Positions 1 through 13,115 are shown, counted from the first letter of the whole stretch. The stretch is 63,987 bases of DNA, filler included, from Thelocarpon superellum (GCA_026025795.1; 5 parts of 5 records of this genome joined end to end with filler, not necessarily neighbours in it), one strand, 5' to 3'. Numbers and translations are program-made. Notes: generated by a model from the sequence alone, not told the origin.

Positions 1-203
1 TTGCCGATCAGGGCCAGGTCGGTCGGCAGCAGCAGGATCGTGGCAAGCAGGGCCGCGATGGTGACGAGAGATACGGCTGCCACGGCAGCTGACCGGTCTC
101 GCCGGGCCTGGTAGGTGAAGACGAAGACGGCCGCCAGGATGGCGACGAGGGCGACGACGATGGCGTACGCCGCCCAGACCATGGCTTGCTCCAGCAGGGC
201 CAT
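1..203 (-). CDS. LMBRD1: LMBR1-family membrane protein, probable lysosomal/vacuolar cobalamin-transporter homologue (5' part only, runs off window start)
   Basis: Manual translation from ATG at 203 (not in the ORF track): MALLEQAMVWAAYAIVVALVAILAAVFVFTYQARRDRSAAVAAVSLVTIAALLATILLLPTDLALIG. Two hydrophobic helices and the YQxxRDRS...LLLPxDxAL pattern typical of fungal LMBD1 N-termini. Confidence 0.8.
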   Translation of the reverse strand, partial: MALLEQAMVWAAYAIVVALVAILAAVFVFTYQARRDRSAAVAAVSLVTIAALLATILLLPTDLALIG

Positions 204-620
204 GGATGGCGCAGGCCGAAGTCTTGTGCGGGGGAAGGATGAGCGGCGGAATGCTTCAGCAGGACGTTCGTCTTGGGGCAAGCATGAAGATCGTCAGATG
301 AGTTGGAGGAGGAAACGAAGCCAAAACAGAGGGCACTCAATGGGGAGGAGCAAGCATGAGGGCAGGCATGGAATGGCGTTGGCTCGAGAACAAACAGCAC
401 CAGCACCTGCAGCTCAATCGTGGGGGACGCCCGGGCCGCGAAAGGCTAATTTAGTGCCAAGTACGAAGTACGGATAGCCGTACCAGACATGCGGCCATAC
501 CAGTGCGGCCCGTCTCTGCAGCGGCGGCCGGGGCACTCGCTCTTGCCAGGCTCGGCTCGATCATCACTTCGTTAGTCACGTTCGTCCCTGGCCTCCGATG
601 TGGGGGATGTGAGGGCATTT

Positions 621-647
621 AGGGTCACGTGGTTTACACGTGACCCT
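621..647. promoter_or_regulatory. Perfect 11-bp inverted repeat containing two GTCACGTG E-boxes
   Basis: AGGGTCACGTG-GTTTA-CACGTGACCCT, about 420 nt upstream of the LMBRD1-like ATG. The sequence is seen directly; its regulatory role is inferred. Confidence 0.5.
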
Positions 648-3600
648 GCAATCTACATCTAGCAACTGTAGCTTAGCCTGAGAGCAATCAATCATTATGC
701 TTCCGGACACAAGAGGCAAAGAGCCTGACATCCAGTTACCAAAACTCATCAGTAACAACGACACGACCGCCTCCGACCGTTAGGGAGGATCTCTCGTCTT
801 TCTCGACACCTATCGTGACGTTATGCGGTGATCGCCTGGTACACAACCCGACTTCGCTCCTCGTAATAGGGAGGACGTGGTATATCTTTCTAGGTCATGA
901 ATTTCGCCCACACGGACGTTTCCCTCGGCGCACTCTTTTCCACCACTTGCACCTTCTTCGTCTGGAGATCCGCAAAGTGGAGGATTCCGGAAAGGAAAAT
1001 CGTTTCGCTCTTGATTCTCCCTGTACTGCTCCTCCACAACTTGGCAGCGCGCCCTTGGCACGTCACCCTATAATCTTTTGGACGCTATTTAGTTGAGTGT
1101 GACGGCCTCAGGTCACGGGAGCGCCCCCCGGATATTCTTGCACGAATCAATTGATTTGTACCAAATGCTCTGGAGGAGTCGTCTTACTTGTTACCGACTG
1201 GATAACTCTGTCTGCAATTTACTTGAGGTGCTTTCCTATGCTCATGTCTTCAAGGCTGTGACGCAATGCCACTGGAGATCATACTCCTGGCGCCCCTCCC
1301 GCCTAACCCAAGATTGTGTTGCCAACGGGGTGCTCTCTTTGGCTTATTTCAGCGAGACTTGGCCGAGATCGATAGAGCTTGGGGAAGTTGACGTTTGAAC
1401 TTCATCGACCGCCGTCTCGCTGGCCTCGTTGGAAAGCAGACACCAATCGCGACATTCGCCGCCAATCTGCGGGTTATCTTCATTCGTGGGCTGACTATCC
1501 TGCCCAATGGTCACGAGAGCCAAAGGCGGCCCAGTCCAGCCGGTCGTATGTGCTGCCCACGCCGCCACATTGGCCCGTCGGTCGCGACAAGAAGCGGTGA
1601 ATAGCCGCTGCACTTCCGGATCGGTGGCCGCGGTGGCCATGGCGCGCGAGACCACATGTACCGAGTTGAAATAAGACCCTCGCACTTTTCGCACGTAATT
1701 GCTGACCAGACCCGCCGACTGCGCGTCAAATCGAGACTGCTTCGGCTTCGTGCCCGACTGTCGTCGCGTCAGCGAAACGCCCACGCCTGATTTTAGGGTC
1801 GACTGCCGCCACGAGCTCATCCATGACGGAGTAAGTCCATCCAGGAATGATCATGAGATTGCATGGTGCGTCGAAGATTGCCACTTTCATGGCTTCGGTG
1901 AAGTATTATTTCCCATGCACTGATCTGCTCCGCCAAGGACATGCAGGTAAGAAGCGCGCACCGTCGCACTGCCATCCAGTGGTAGGATCCGCTCCAGGTT
2001 GGCTCGCTGAAGGCCGGAGGGCAAGGACCGGATGAAGGCGTATGAAAGACTAACGGGCAGGATGTGGTCGGTCGAGTACTCCAACGGCCGTGTGCAAATC
2101 AGGGGCTGGGAGGCCGACAGCCCGCCCAAGACGAGCTCAGGAACGCGGCCGCCGACCAGCACCAGGACATGCGCCGCTTGGAATGCCGTCTTGGCGATCT
2201 CCTCTCTCCTCATTCAGCGACTTGCACGGACATGGTGGGATCGCAGCTGTACACGTACCTGTGCTGGTCTGGGCCAACAGCCTCGCCTTCCGAGCCTCCA
2301 AGTCTACTCGCCGACGCGAGCCCGAATCCGAGACATTCTCGATCAAGACCTAAAAGGTGGGCGGAATCGTATCGACGGTGAGAAAGGCAGAAAATGCGGG
2401 GCATGACGATGCTTTCCACGAGGGCTGTCGACTTTCCAAGAGAACGCTTTGAGCGAGCAGTGGGATGGTTGCCAACCACGAGACACCAGCCAGCAGCCGA
2501 AAGAACCGCAAGCCTGGGACACGACAGAAAATGGCGTGGACCTGCACGACACCCTGAAAAAATCCCGCTAACGATATATGGACAGCTCGTGGAACATGGG
2601 ATTCATAGAGTTGACGATCCGCACGCCGTCTAGGGCTGCCCAGCGGCAACGTGCTCGATGGATGGCCATCATGAGCTTTCGGTATGGAGGGTGGGAGCAT
2701 CGTGGGAGGCCATTCTCTAGTATGGAAAAGAGTCACGCGTCCTTTGCATGGTCAAGAGAAGAGCGCCATCGTTGAAGCCGAGGGTCTGAAAGCGGAAGGC
2801 GCCCAGATCCACTGAGATTGGGCCACGGTGGATGCCATCGACGGGATGAGACGCCCTGAGGATGATTTGGTGGTCGGTACCGCTCTACGGCAAGGTTCGG
2901 ACTACCACCAGAATAGAGTCGTGACCCGACAGCATGGATGCCATGACCACCGTCAATCATGCTCAGGACAATGGCGGTCGAATAGCATCACCGCGCAGAA
3001 GCAACGTCAGAAGACGAAGGCAGATTACGCGGCTTACGTTTGTGCAGGCTTGCATAACTACGGGCCCATGATATCACACGCATGCTACATGTCGTAGGGC
3101 TGGCCCAGAAGAGGAGCTGGCGGCTTGGGATGGTCATGGCAATAGATGATATCCGGAGGGTAAAAGCCTGTGCCTATCGATGCCTTGTGCTGCGTTGTCA
3201 AGTTCCCGCTGCTGATTCGCTGTCAAGCCAGGAGCTGGTAAAGCGAGACGCTGCCGACGTTGCCGACATGGCCGATGGTGCCGACGACGCCATTGTGATC
3301 TGTGCCACGCCGCCCATGAAAGTCTTGGACCCTATCTTTGTGAGGAAAGTCGAGCTCAGGAACGTGCAGCGTTTGGCGTGCGCGATGGAGCAGGCATGCC
3401 ATTCCACGTAGAGAGACGTTGTGCTGTGGTTGGCGTATTGCGGCCCCGAACTAGATCTCGCGCAGCTTGCTCATAGTTGCTGTAAATCGAGCTTGGTCCA
3501 CCTTCTTCCGATTCTGCCTTCACACGTCCTAGTGGTCCAGATGCTACCAGCACGGATAGACGCCGTAATGTCAGAGCCGCTGCAGTAGTCATCGACAATA

Positions 3601-3984
3601 CCATCCGAGTGCCATTTCTGTATACACTATCTCGGTCAGCAGCGTGGAGGTCCTGCTTCTAACGGAGGGGCGTTGCACGGTAGTTGAAGGTTTGCTTCAC
3701 TTACGCGTGCCTACGCAAGTCGGATGGTTACTCAGAATGTCTCGGCAGACCAGAAGGCGTCGTGGCGAGTAGCGGCTCTCTGGTCTGTCAAAGCTCTCGG
3801 GTGGGTCGGTTACTTAGATCGCGACGATCGCTTTGAAGCTCAGCGATCAGCCAAAGTCGTAAAAGAAGTTGGTCTGGACGCACATTGTCGTCCTCTGTCA
3901 TGCATCACCAACCGGTCTTTGTCGTTTGCTTCAGATGCTCGTCGCACCAGTCTTCCCTCTGAAGCTCTCTTTATGACCCAGCTG

Positions 3985-4020
3985 ACGGCTCTCACGGCTC
4001 TCACGGCTCTCACGGCTCTC
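3985..4020 (+). repeat. 9-nt tandem repeat (ACGGCTCTC)x4 just upstream of the Cft1 start codon
   Basis: Direct reading of the sequence. Confidence 0.95.
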
Positions 4021-4063
4021 GCGCCTCTCAAGCACTGACCCTACAGCGCTTCCCACAGGCACG

Positions 4064-7000
4064 ATGGAGTGCTTCACCGAATTGACCCCACCCACCGCCG
4101 TCACCCACGCCGTCTGCGCACCTTTCCTGTCGCCCACGGCGACCAACGTCATCCTGGCCCGTACCTCGTTGTTGCAGATCTTCGGCCTCAAGACTCTGTC
4201 GACGGAGCTGGACACCACCGTGTCTGTCAACGAGGACGCGCGACTGACCGACCGGCGTATGCTCGACGATGACGGCCTGGATCAATCTTTCCTTGGCGCC
4301 GATGTCACGTATCAGCGTGCCGAACGTTCCCACAGCTCCAAGCTCGTCCTCATCGCCGAGTACCCGCTGTCCGGTACCGTCACCGCCCTCGCACCCATCA
4401 AGATCCTCACCAGCAAGACCGGTGCCGACGCACTTCTCATCGCCACCAAGGATGCCAAGTTGAGCTTGGTCGAATGGGACCCCGACTGCCATGCCATCAC
4501 CACCATCTCCATCCATTACTACGAGAGCGAGGATCTCCAAGTCAATCCCTGGTCGCCCGATCTCGCCCAGTGCGTCAGCGAGCTGAGTGTCGACCCCAGC
4601 AGCCGCTGTGCCGCGCTGAAGTTTGGCCGTCGCAACCTCGCCATCCTCCCCTTTCGCCAGGCCGGCGATGATCTGGTCATGGGGGATGATGACTTGGACA
4701 TGGACGAGGACGAGGACGAGGACCGCCCGGTCCCGAAGGACACCCGCGCCGACGGCCACTCCACCAAGACCCCTTATGCCGCCTCCTTCGTTCTGCCCCT
4801 GTCCGCGCTGGACCCAAGCCTGGTCCATCCTATCCACCTCTCCTTCCTACACGAGTACCGGGAACCAACCTTTGGTATCCTGGCCGCCCCACGTGCCGCC
4901 TCGTCCGCATTACTACACGAGCGCCGCGATCTCCTTTCCTACACCGTCTTCACTCTCGACCTCGAACAGCGTGCCTCCACCACCATCCTCTCCGTCACCG
5001 ACCTCCCATACGACCTCTATCAGGTTGTAGCCCTCCCGACTCCCGTCGGTGGCGCTCTGCTCCTGGGGGTCAACGAACTCATCCACGTCGATCAGGCCGG
5101 CAAGACCAATGGCGTGGCCGTCAACCCATTTGCGCGCGAGTGCTCGTCCTTTGGCATGGCTGACCAATCCGACCTGAGCCTGAAGCTGGAAGGATGTGTG
5201 CTCGAGCAACTCAGCCCGGACACGGGCGACATGCTGTTGATCTTGGCCTCGGGCGCGCTCGCCATGGTCACCTTTCGTCTCGATGGCCGATCTGTATCGG
5301 GCCTGTCCGTCCGGACCATCGCCGACGAGAGTGGGGCACGGGTCGTCCCACCGTCGGTGTCCTGTGCCGCGAGCCTAGGACGCGGCAAGATGTTCCTGGG
5401 TAGTGAGGAAGCTGACGCCGTCGTCCTTGGCTGGTCGCGCAAGTCCAAGCAGACGGCCAAGTCCGCCTCGCGCCTAGGCGCCAGCGAGGAGGAAGCACAG
5501 GACGAGAGCTACTTTGACGAAGACGCTATCGATGATCAGGATGACGATCTGTATGCCGATGGAGATGGCGGCGAGCGACAGCAACTGACGACGCCGTCCG
5601 GCGATGGGAGCACGGGTGAACTCACCTTTCGCATTCACGATGCCCTTCCCAATCTCGCCCCAATGAAAGGACTCACCTTTGGATTGCCGACGGCTGTCGA
5701 CACTGACCAAGGCTTACAGGATGACGCCATATCTGACGTGGAACTCATCACGACCAGTGGTTGTGGCCGCACTGGCAGCCTGACCATCCTCCGACCCGAG
5801 ATATATCCAAAGGTGATCCAACAACACGAGTTTCCGGACGTACAGGGGATTTGGTCCGTCGCCGCCACTCGCCCAGTCGTCAAGTCGCGCGCGTCACAAG
5901 CCAAGGCCAACGCTCAGGTTGACCTAGAGCAGGCGTACGCCGTGGATGATGCCTTGCATCGTTTCCTGATCGTGTCAAGAGCCACTGCCCAGGGCGGAGA
6001 AGAGTCGATGGCCTATACAGTGACATCTACTGGCTTTGACGAGATCAAAGGCACGGAATTCGAACCGGCCGCGGGCGGCACGGTGGATGTAGGAAGCCTC
6101 GGAGCCCGCTCCCGCATTATCCAAGTGCTCCGAGGGGAGATTCGCAGCTATGACGGCGGTAAGTCGGCCCCTTTTCTTTCCGTTATGCGCCTTGTCGTTG
6201 CGATACCTGTGGGAGTGTCCTTGGTTATGGATGAGAGAAATGCCTCGGCGGCATTTCATGAATCCTCTCCCTCTCTCTGCCTCGATACAGGCCGAGGAGG
6301 ACCGCCTTCATCGGTGCTCTACCAGGCGGTAGTGGCCCGGGACGACCGACGGCCAATCATGGGCGAGAGACATGCGAGGAGGCTTCTCGTGGACACGGGA
6401 TGGATCCGAGGACCAATGTGCACTAGAGCAATACAAAGGATGATTGATTTTGTTGCTGTATTTCATCAATCCGTGCCCGCGCCCGCACCCGCGCCCGCGC
6501 CCGTTTCCGAGCCCGCTACCGTACCCGTGATGCGTTGGCCGTTGATCGGGCTTGACATGATTGTTCTTCGTCGGCGCCTGCTGATGATCCTGTGGCAGAT
6601 CTCGGGTTAGCACAGATCTTCCCCATCTCCGATGAGGTGAGCGGGGCCGAGCCCAAAGCCTTGAGCACCAGCTTCTGCGATCCCTATCTCGTCGTGGTGC
6701 GAGACGACGCGAGCCTGCTGTTGCTGGAGTGTGACGGCAACGGCGACCTCGAAGAGATGGACAAGGGCCCCACGCTGTCCGTCGCCGAATGTCTCTCTGC
6801 CTGTCTCTATCGGGATCGGGACGGCCAATTTGCTGCATCTGGCCAGCAAGCGAAGGAGGCCAAGGACCGGGTGGTGATGTTTCTCCTGACCACCGAGGGC
6901 GCCCTTCAGGTGGGAGGAGGATGAGCGTGCGCGCGTCTTCTGGATTCCTGCTGAGACAGCTACAGATATACGAGCTACCGGATCTGTCCCAGCCAAAGTA

Positions 7001-9364
7001 CCTCGCCGAGTGTCTGGGCATTCTCCCTGCGATCATCGCGACGGAGCACGCGGTCAAGAAGTCGACCGCGAGAGAAAACCTGACAGAGATCGTCGTGGCC
7101 GATCTTGGCGAGGGCACAATGACTTCGCCGTATCTCTTGGTAGGCCATCCGTCATGAAGCTACGACACTAGACCAATGACGTGCTCATGCAGGTTCGGGA
7201 TGCCGCGGACAATCTGACCATCTACGAGCCGTTCTATGCCACGGCCGCCGTATCGGCCGAGAGCTTCCCGCCGAGCTTGCGATTGCTCAAGATCTCCAAC
7301 CCGACCCTTGCCAGTGCGGCCAAGGTGTCGGGCGACTCCATGGACGACGAGGAGCACCGTGCCCGTCCCATGCGTGTGGTGAGCGATGTCGGCGGCTACC
7401 GCGCCGTCTTCTTGCCGGGAGACTCGCCTAGCTTCGTACTCAAGGGCGCGGCGAGTATACCGCGTGTCATGAGGCTCCGAGGACCGGGAGTTCGAGGGAT
7501 GAGTGGCTTCCATACCGAAGGATGCGAGCGGGGCTGGGTCTACGTAGACGTAAAGGTGAGCAGGTCCCTTCGTCACCGAATGTCGGCTGATGATGAGCTT
7601 AGGGCGTCCTCCGGGTATCGCAATTCCCCACGGACGTTCGGTATACGGAGCTCGGGTGGGCGATGAAGCGGGTGGTGCTGGGTGAGGAGGTGCACGCGAT
7701 CAGCTATCACGAGGCGATGCATTCCTACGTGGTGGGGACCAGTCAGCCGGTGGAATTCGCCATCCCCAAAGATGACGAGTTTCATCGCGAGTGGGCCGAC
7801 GAGAGTGAGTCCAAGTGTTCTGCAGCTGCGCTTTGTGGGTGCGTCTGACTGGACAGACATCTCGTTGAAACCGACGGTGGAGCAAGGGGCGATCAAGCTC
7901 CTCAATCCCATCACCTGGGGTGTGGTTCATACGTGAGTGATCTGCACACTACCCTATCTTCATCTCCTGATAGCGTGACAGATACCCGCTTCACGCATAC
8001 GAGACCGTGCTGTGCATCAAGACGCTATCGCTCGAGGTGTCGGAAAACACGCGGGCGCGCAAAACCCTCGTGGCGGTGGGGACGTCGATCGGTCGCATGA
8101 CGGACCAAGCATGTCGCGGGGCCATCTACATCTTCGAGATCATCCGGGTGGTGCCGGTGCCGGGGCAGCCGGAGACGGATCGTCATCTGAAGCTGGTGGT
8201 ACGAGAAGAGGTCAAGGGTGCGGTGACGGCCATCAGTGAGATTGGATGCCAGGGGTTCCTCCTGATGGCGCAAGGACAAAAGTGTCTGGTGCGGGGATTG
8301 AAGGAGGATGGAACGCTGTTGCCCGTCGCTTTCATGGACGTCATGTGCCATGTCAGCGCGCTGAAGAACCTGCCAGGCACGGGCATGTGTTTGATTGGCG
8401 ATGCGTTGAAGGGGGTATGGCTGGTTGGATATACGGTGGGCTCTTTCTTCCTCTCCCGACGTCCTCCTCTCTTCTTTCCCTCTTCCATCCGTCGTCCCCA
8501 TCATGGAGGCTAACAAGCAACAATAGGAAGAGCCCTACAAAATGATCCTGTTCGGCAAATCCGGCACACATCTCGAGGTGATTGGCGTCGAGTTCCTGCC
8601 AAGCGGCGACCAACTATACATTGTCGTGGCGGATGCGGACAGCAATCTGCACCTGTTCCAATTCGATCCTGAGCGTGAGTTCCGCCACACAACCTGTGCA
8701 GCGACTGCAGTGACGACGGCCACTGATTCCTCTTCCCGTCGATGAAACAGATCCCAGATCCCTCTCTGGGAGTCGTCTACTACACCACACGACCTTCAAC
8801 GTCGGGAGTTACACGACAAATCTGACGCGGATCCCGACGTCCTCCTTCTCCTTCTCCACCTCATCTTCCACCACGAACACCAGTCCCACCACACCATCTC
8901 AAATCCTGCACACCTCCCACTCGGGCGCGCTCTCGCTCCTCTCACCACTTAGCGAGACAACATACCGGACGCTCTCCAGCTTATGGAACCAGATAAGCAA
9001 CAGCGTAGACCACCACGCAGGGCTGAACCCACGATCGTATCGCTCTCCGTCCTCCTTCTTCCCCTCTTCTTCTTCGTCGTCCGCCTTCACGCATCCCGCG
9101 TCGTTCGTCGCGCTCGGTGGGCTCGGCAGTGCGGGCGTAGCGATGGGTGGAGCGGGTGGTGGTAGTGGCGGTGGCGGAGAGGGCCGCAGCGTGCTGGACG
9201 GCGCGGTGCTGAGGCGGTGGGGGGATTTGTCTGCGCCGAGACGGGCGGAGGTCGTGGCTCGTCTGGGACTGGGCGACGGCGGCCAGGGGTGGGCACAGGG
9301 CCAGGCTGCGCTCGGGGGGCTGTTGGCGGGTGTGGGCGCGCTGAGGTTGCGTGGGAAGTGGTAG
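4064..9364 (+). CDS. CFT1: Cleavage and polyadenylation specificity factor subunit 1 (CPSF160/Cft1), 9 exons
   Basis: [16 protein letters not shown] start and motifs [46 protein letters not shown]. Exons approx. 4064-6158, 6599-6909, 6966-7139, 7193-7555, 7603-7804, 7857-7932, 7982-8435, 8527-8674, 8751-9364, joined by GT-AG introns that restore the frame. Confidence 0.95.
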
Positions 9365-9711
9365 CTGTGATGGTGCGAGCTGAGGTTACGGGAATCCTAT
9401 CGTACCCTGGGAGGAGTGGAGAAAGGGATCAATCGACATTGAATGAATCAGTCGGTCTTATCTAGTACTCGGATGAAGTACCGTAGCATCTGGAGGAGAA
9501 GAGAAAAAATGAAAGGAAAGAAGAAAACCGCCTCCTTCGTAACGTGGTCGTTGCAGTCGTTTCGTCGTCATGTGCATGCATCCCTCCCCTCCCCTCCCCT
9601 CCCCTCACCATGGCCGCTACCGCTGCCGCTGCCACTAGTCGCATAGCAGTGGCGGAGTAGTAGCAGAAGAAAGCAATAGGAGGTGCTACTTGAAGCAGCA
9701 GTAGTGATACC

Positions 9712-12700
9712 CTACCTCAGCTCACTGATCCTCGAATCTCCCCCCGCCGCACCGACCGTGACCCAGACCAGTTTCTCCATCTTGCTGGACGGTGGCACCG
9801 CACCCGCCTGACCGGCCTTCGACCGCCGCTTGACCTCTCGCATGCCCCGCCACTCCAGCCGCTGATTGTCCGCGTTCATTCGGCCCAATCCCCCATTCGT
9901 GTACCATTGATGCAGCACGGATCGCACGAAGCGCATCTTGGCCTCGAACTGATTCGCCGTGACGATGGCGGAAAAGTCCACGACGCTGCTTGAGAGCCCT
10001 TTCGAGCGGCTGGAAGTGCCTGCGCCCGTGGATCCGGGGGCGTGGTAGGATCCGGAGAGCAGGCTGTGCACCGGATAGGAGAGCACGGATCGCTTCTCGA
10101 GACTCGTGCTGGGTAGGGATTGCGTGAGCTGCAGCTGTGACGCGGCCGATGCTGGGAGGTGGTAGAAGTCGCAGTGCAAGGCATCCTCTGAGAGCACGAG
10201 CTTGGTATGGTCCGGGAAGTTGAACTGCGTCTGGTCAGTCTCGCTCCTGGCCCCCCGCTCAGACATGCTGACCTGAAAACCCCCGTGCCCGAATCCCCAC
10301 ACTCCCACGTCGGCAAATCGCTGATAGAAGCGCACAAACGGCCCACATCCGCCCGTCGTCCCGCCCGTCTTCGACTCCTTCCGTCCGTCACTCTCCGTCT
10401 GGCCCAGACTCTCCGTCATGTAATTGGCAAATTTTCTCCACAGCACCACCGTCTTCCTCTTGCGATTATCATACTCGTCCTTGCCGGGAGGGAGCTTCTC
10501 TGTCGTGCCTTCGTCCCCCACGATGACTTGATACCGTCGGGCGTCGGCCGTGACATACTTCAACCCGTCGTTGCCGCAATTCTCAAAGAATTCAATTGGC
10601 GGTCCATCCACTGGCACGATCTGGTGTCGCGAGGCGTATGACTGGAGGTCGCGCTTCTTGACGTGACTCTCGCCGTCCCGCACCACGACACAGGTCGAAG
10701 GAACCTCTCCCTCGGCGTTGAAGAGACATCCGATGCTTCCGTCGCTCAAGATGTACCCAATGCCAAACTTGTTCGTGTAGTCGACCCACTTGATGACGAT
10801 CGGGTAGGGCTTCTGCCGCCGCTCGATCTCCATCACCCGGCCAGGCGGCAGATTCAGCGCCGCATCGAGGTTCTGGAGTGATGTCCACAACTGCTGATGG
10901 ACGGCGCTTGGGGTCGTGCGGCCGACTTGCTCGCCACACTCGGTGGGTGCGATGAGCGCGGGTCGTGGCACCGACAGATCTAGCGCGGTGTGCGACATCG
11001 TCGACTTGGGGCGTTGCGTGTCTGGTCTCTGATGATTCGCGCCCTTTCCGACGTCAAGCCGAAGCTCCTTCATGACATCTCCCAACTCCGCCACCTGCCG
11101 AGCCAACATGTCGTTCCCCACGGCATTGGCCCGGGCATTGATCTTGAGATCCGGACGAGGCTCTTCCTCCTTGATCGCAGGCTGGGCCTCGCGAGTCACA
11201 CTCCGGCTCGACGCCGACTTGCCGATGCCCCCACGAGTGGTGGCGGTGGTGGCTTGGGATCCCTGGTAGAGATTGGTCTGGACCGACTGTGACCGTGTGA
11301 TGCGAGCCGTGGCGACAGGATTCGACACCGATCGGGAGCTATTTGCCCGTCGGACCGCCCCTTCCAGTAACCGACCGGACTTGGGATTCGGAGGGGACTC
11401 CACAGGAGCGGGCGGGACGACCACTTCGCGTTTCTGCATTGGTTTAGGCGCGAGAGGCCGCAGTGGCTGGACTTGTTCGCGAAGTTTTGCCGCATGGCTC
11501 TTGGCGTCGGGACGAGGCAGTTCCGTCGTCAGGCCACTCCCGTCCTCGGGCTCCGTCACGGTGGACAGTTTGGTGTTTCGGGGGAGCGTCTTCGCCTGGC
11601 GCGCCGACGGAACGTGGATGCCCGAGGCGCCCACCTTCCCGAGCCTCACCGTCTGCGCCGTGATGGGACGGGCAAGCTGGAGCAGATCATACTCGGCGTG
11701 TGTGTCGGGAACGGGCCAATTCTTGTCGTCGGGAAAGGGGCGGTAGACTAGCTTAGCGGGAATAGGTACCACGGGCGTCCGGCCCGCCTTCTCTTCCAAC
11801 CGACATTCCTGATAGGTCGTCTTGTCCAGCTCCTCGCCCACCAGGGGAAAGTTCTGCTTCTGGGTCATCTTGCCGACGCCACATCGCACGCACACGTGTC
11901 TCCACTGTGCGTTCCACCATGCCGTCTCCGTCACGCCAAGCCCCGGATGCCAGCCCTCCCACGTCGGCTGGGTATGGCGGGCGCTGGCAGGGATGTTGCC
12001 GAGTACGACGCCCTGTCGAAAGAAGGCATGGCTGACAATCTCGTCGGGTTCGGGTCGATCCTCAGCCTGCACGAGCAAGGACGCTACAAGGTCTTGTGCG
12101 TGGCCGGAGATGTCGTTGGCACACTTGTCCGCCGTCGGCCAGAGATAGTCGCGGGCTTTGACCTTGCGATAGATCTCTTCCTGCGTCTTGGATTGGAAGG
12201 GCGGGAAACCGGTGAGCATGGCGAAGCTGGAGACAAGGTTAGCTGGGGTTCTTCAAATCGACGGCAGCTCCCACGCACATGATGATGCCCAGGCTCCAAA
12301 TGTCGACCTTGTAGTCGTGCCCTTTCTGCCCCTTCTCCAGCACCTCGGGCGCGATGTAGTTGGGCGTGCCGCAGAGCGTGCGACGCCGGTTGGCCGAGTA
12401 CTCCTTGTCCGAGACCAACAGCGCCGCCAGCCCAAAGTCGCCAATCTTGACGTTCATGTCGCGGTCGAGGAAGATGTTGCCCATCTTCAGATCGCGGTGG
12501 ATGACATTCTTGTGATGCATGTACTTGATGGCGCCGCAGGTCTGGATCAGGTATCGCCGCACCTCGGGCTCCGTCAGGTACTTGCGCTTCCGCACCATGT
12601 CCATCATCGACCCGTTCTCGCAGAGCCCCAAGACGACGAACGTGCTATCGGCGAAGGTGAAGGCGCGGTGGAAATCGACGATGTGGGGATGATGCATCTT

Positions 12701-13115
12701 GGAGTGGATCTGCAGCTCCGTCTTGAACTGTAGCCGCAACCGACGTCAGCGTCATCCTCGACGGATCTGGCCGGACGCATCCCACCTTTTCCGTCATCTT
12801 GGACTGCTGCATGACCGACTTGACGATCTTGAGGGCGAAGCGATGGCCCGACGGCCGTGACTGCGCATCTTGCAGCTCGCCCTCATAGCAGATGGCGAAG
12901 CCTCCCTTTCCAAGGAATTTGCCGGTGGCATACCGGGAGCCGGGTTCGCCAGACGGTGTGTCGGGCTCCTGGATGAAGGGCGGCGGGGGCGGCGGGTGAT
13001 CTTTTTCTCGTTGTAATCTCCTCGCGGCGGCGGCTTTTTCTTCCAGTCGCTCGGGTTTGGCGGCGGCTTGCTGTCGGATTTGGATATTGTTCGATCGGGG
13101 CGAGAGGGGCTCCAT
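9712..13115 (-). CDS. CDC5: Polo-like kinase (Cdc5/PlkA type)
   Basis: Kinase motifs LGKGGFAICY, HRDLKMGN, DFGLAA, TLCGTPNYIAPE; C-terminal polo box KWVDYTNKFGIGY and FQFNFPDHTK. Exons 13115-12786, 12727-12279, 12226-10273, 10224-9712. Confidence 0.95.
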
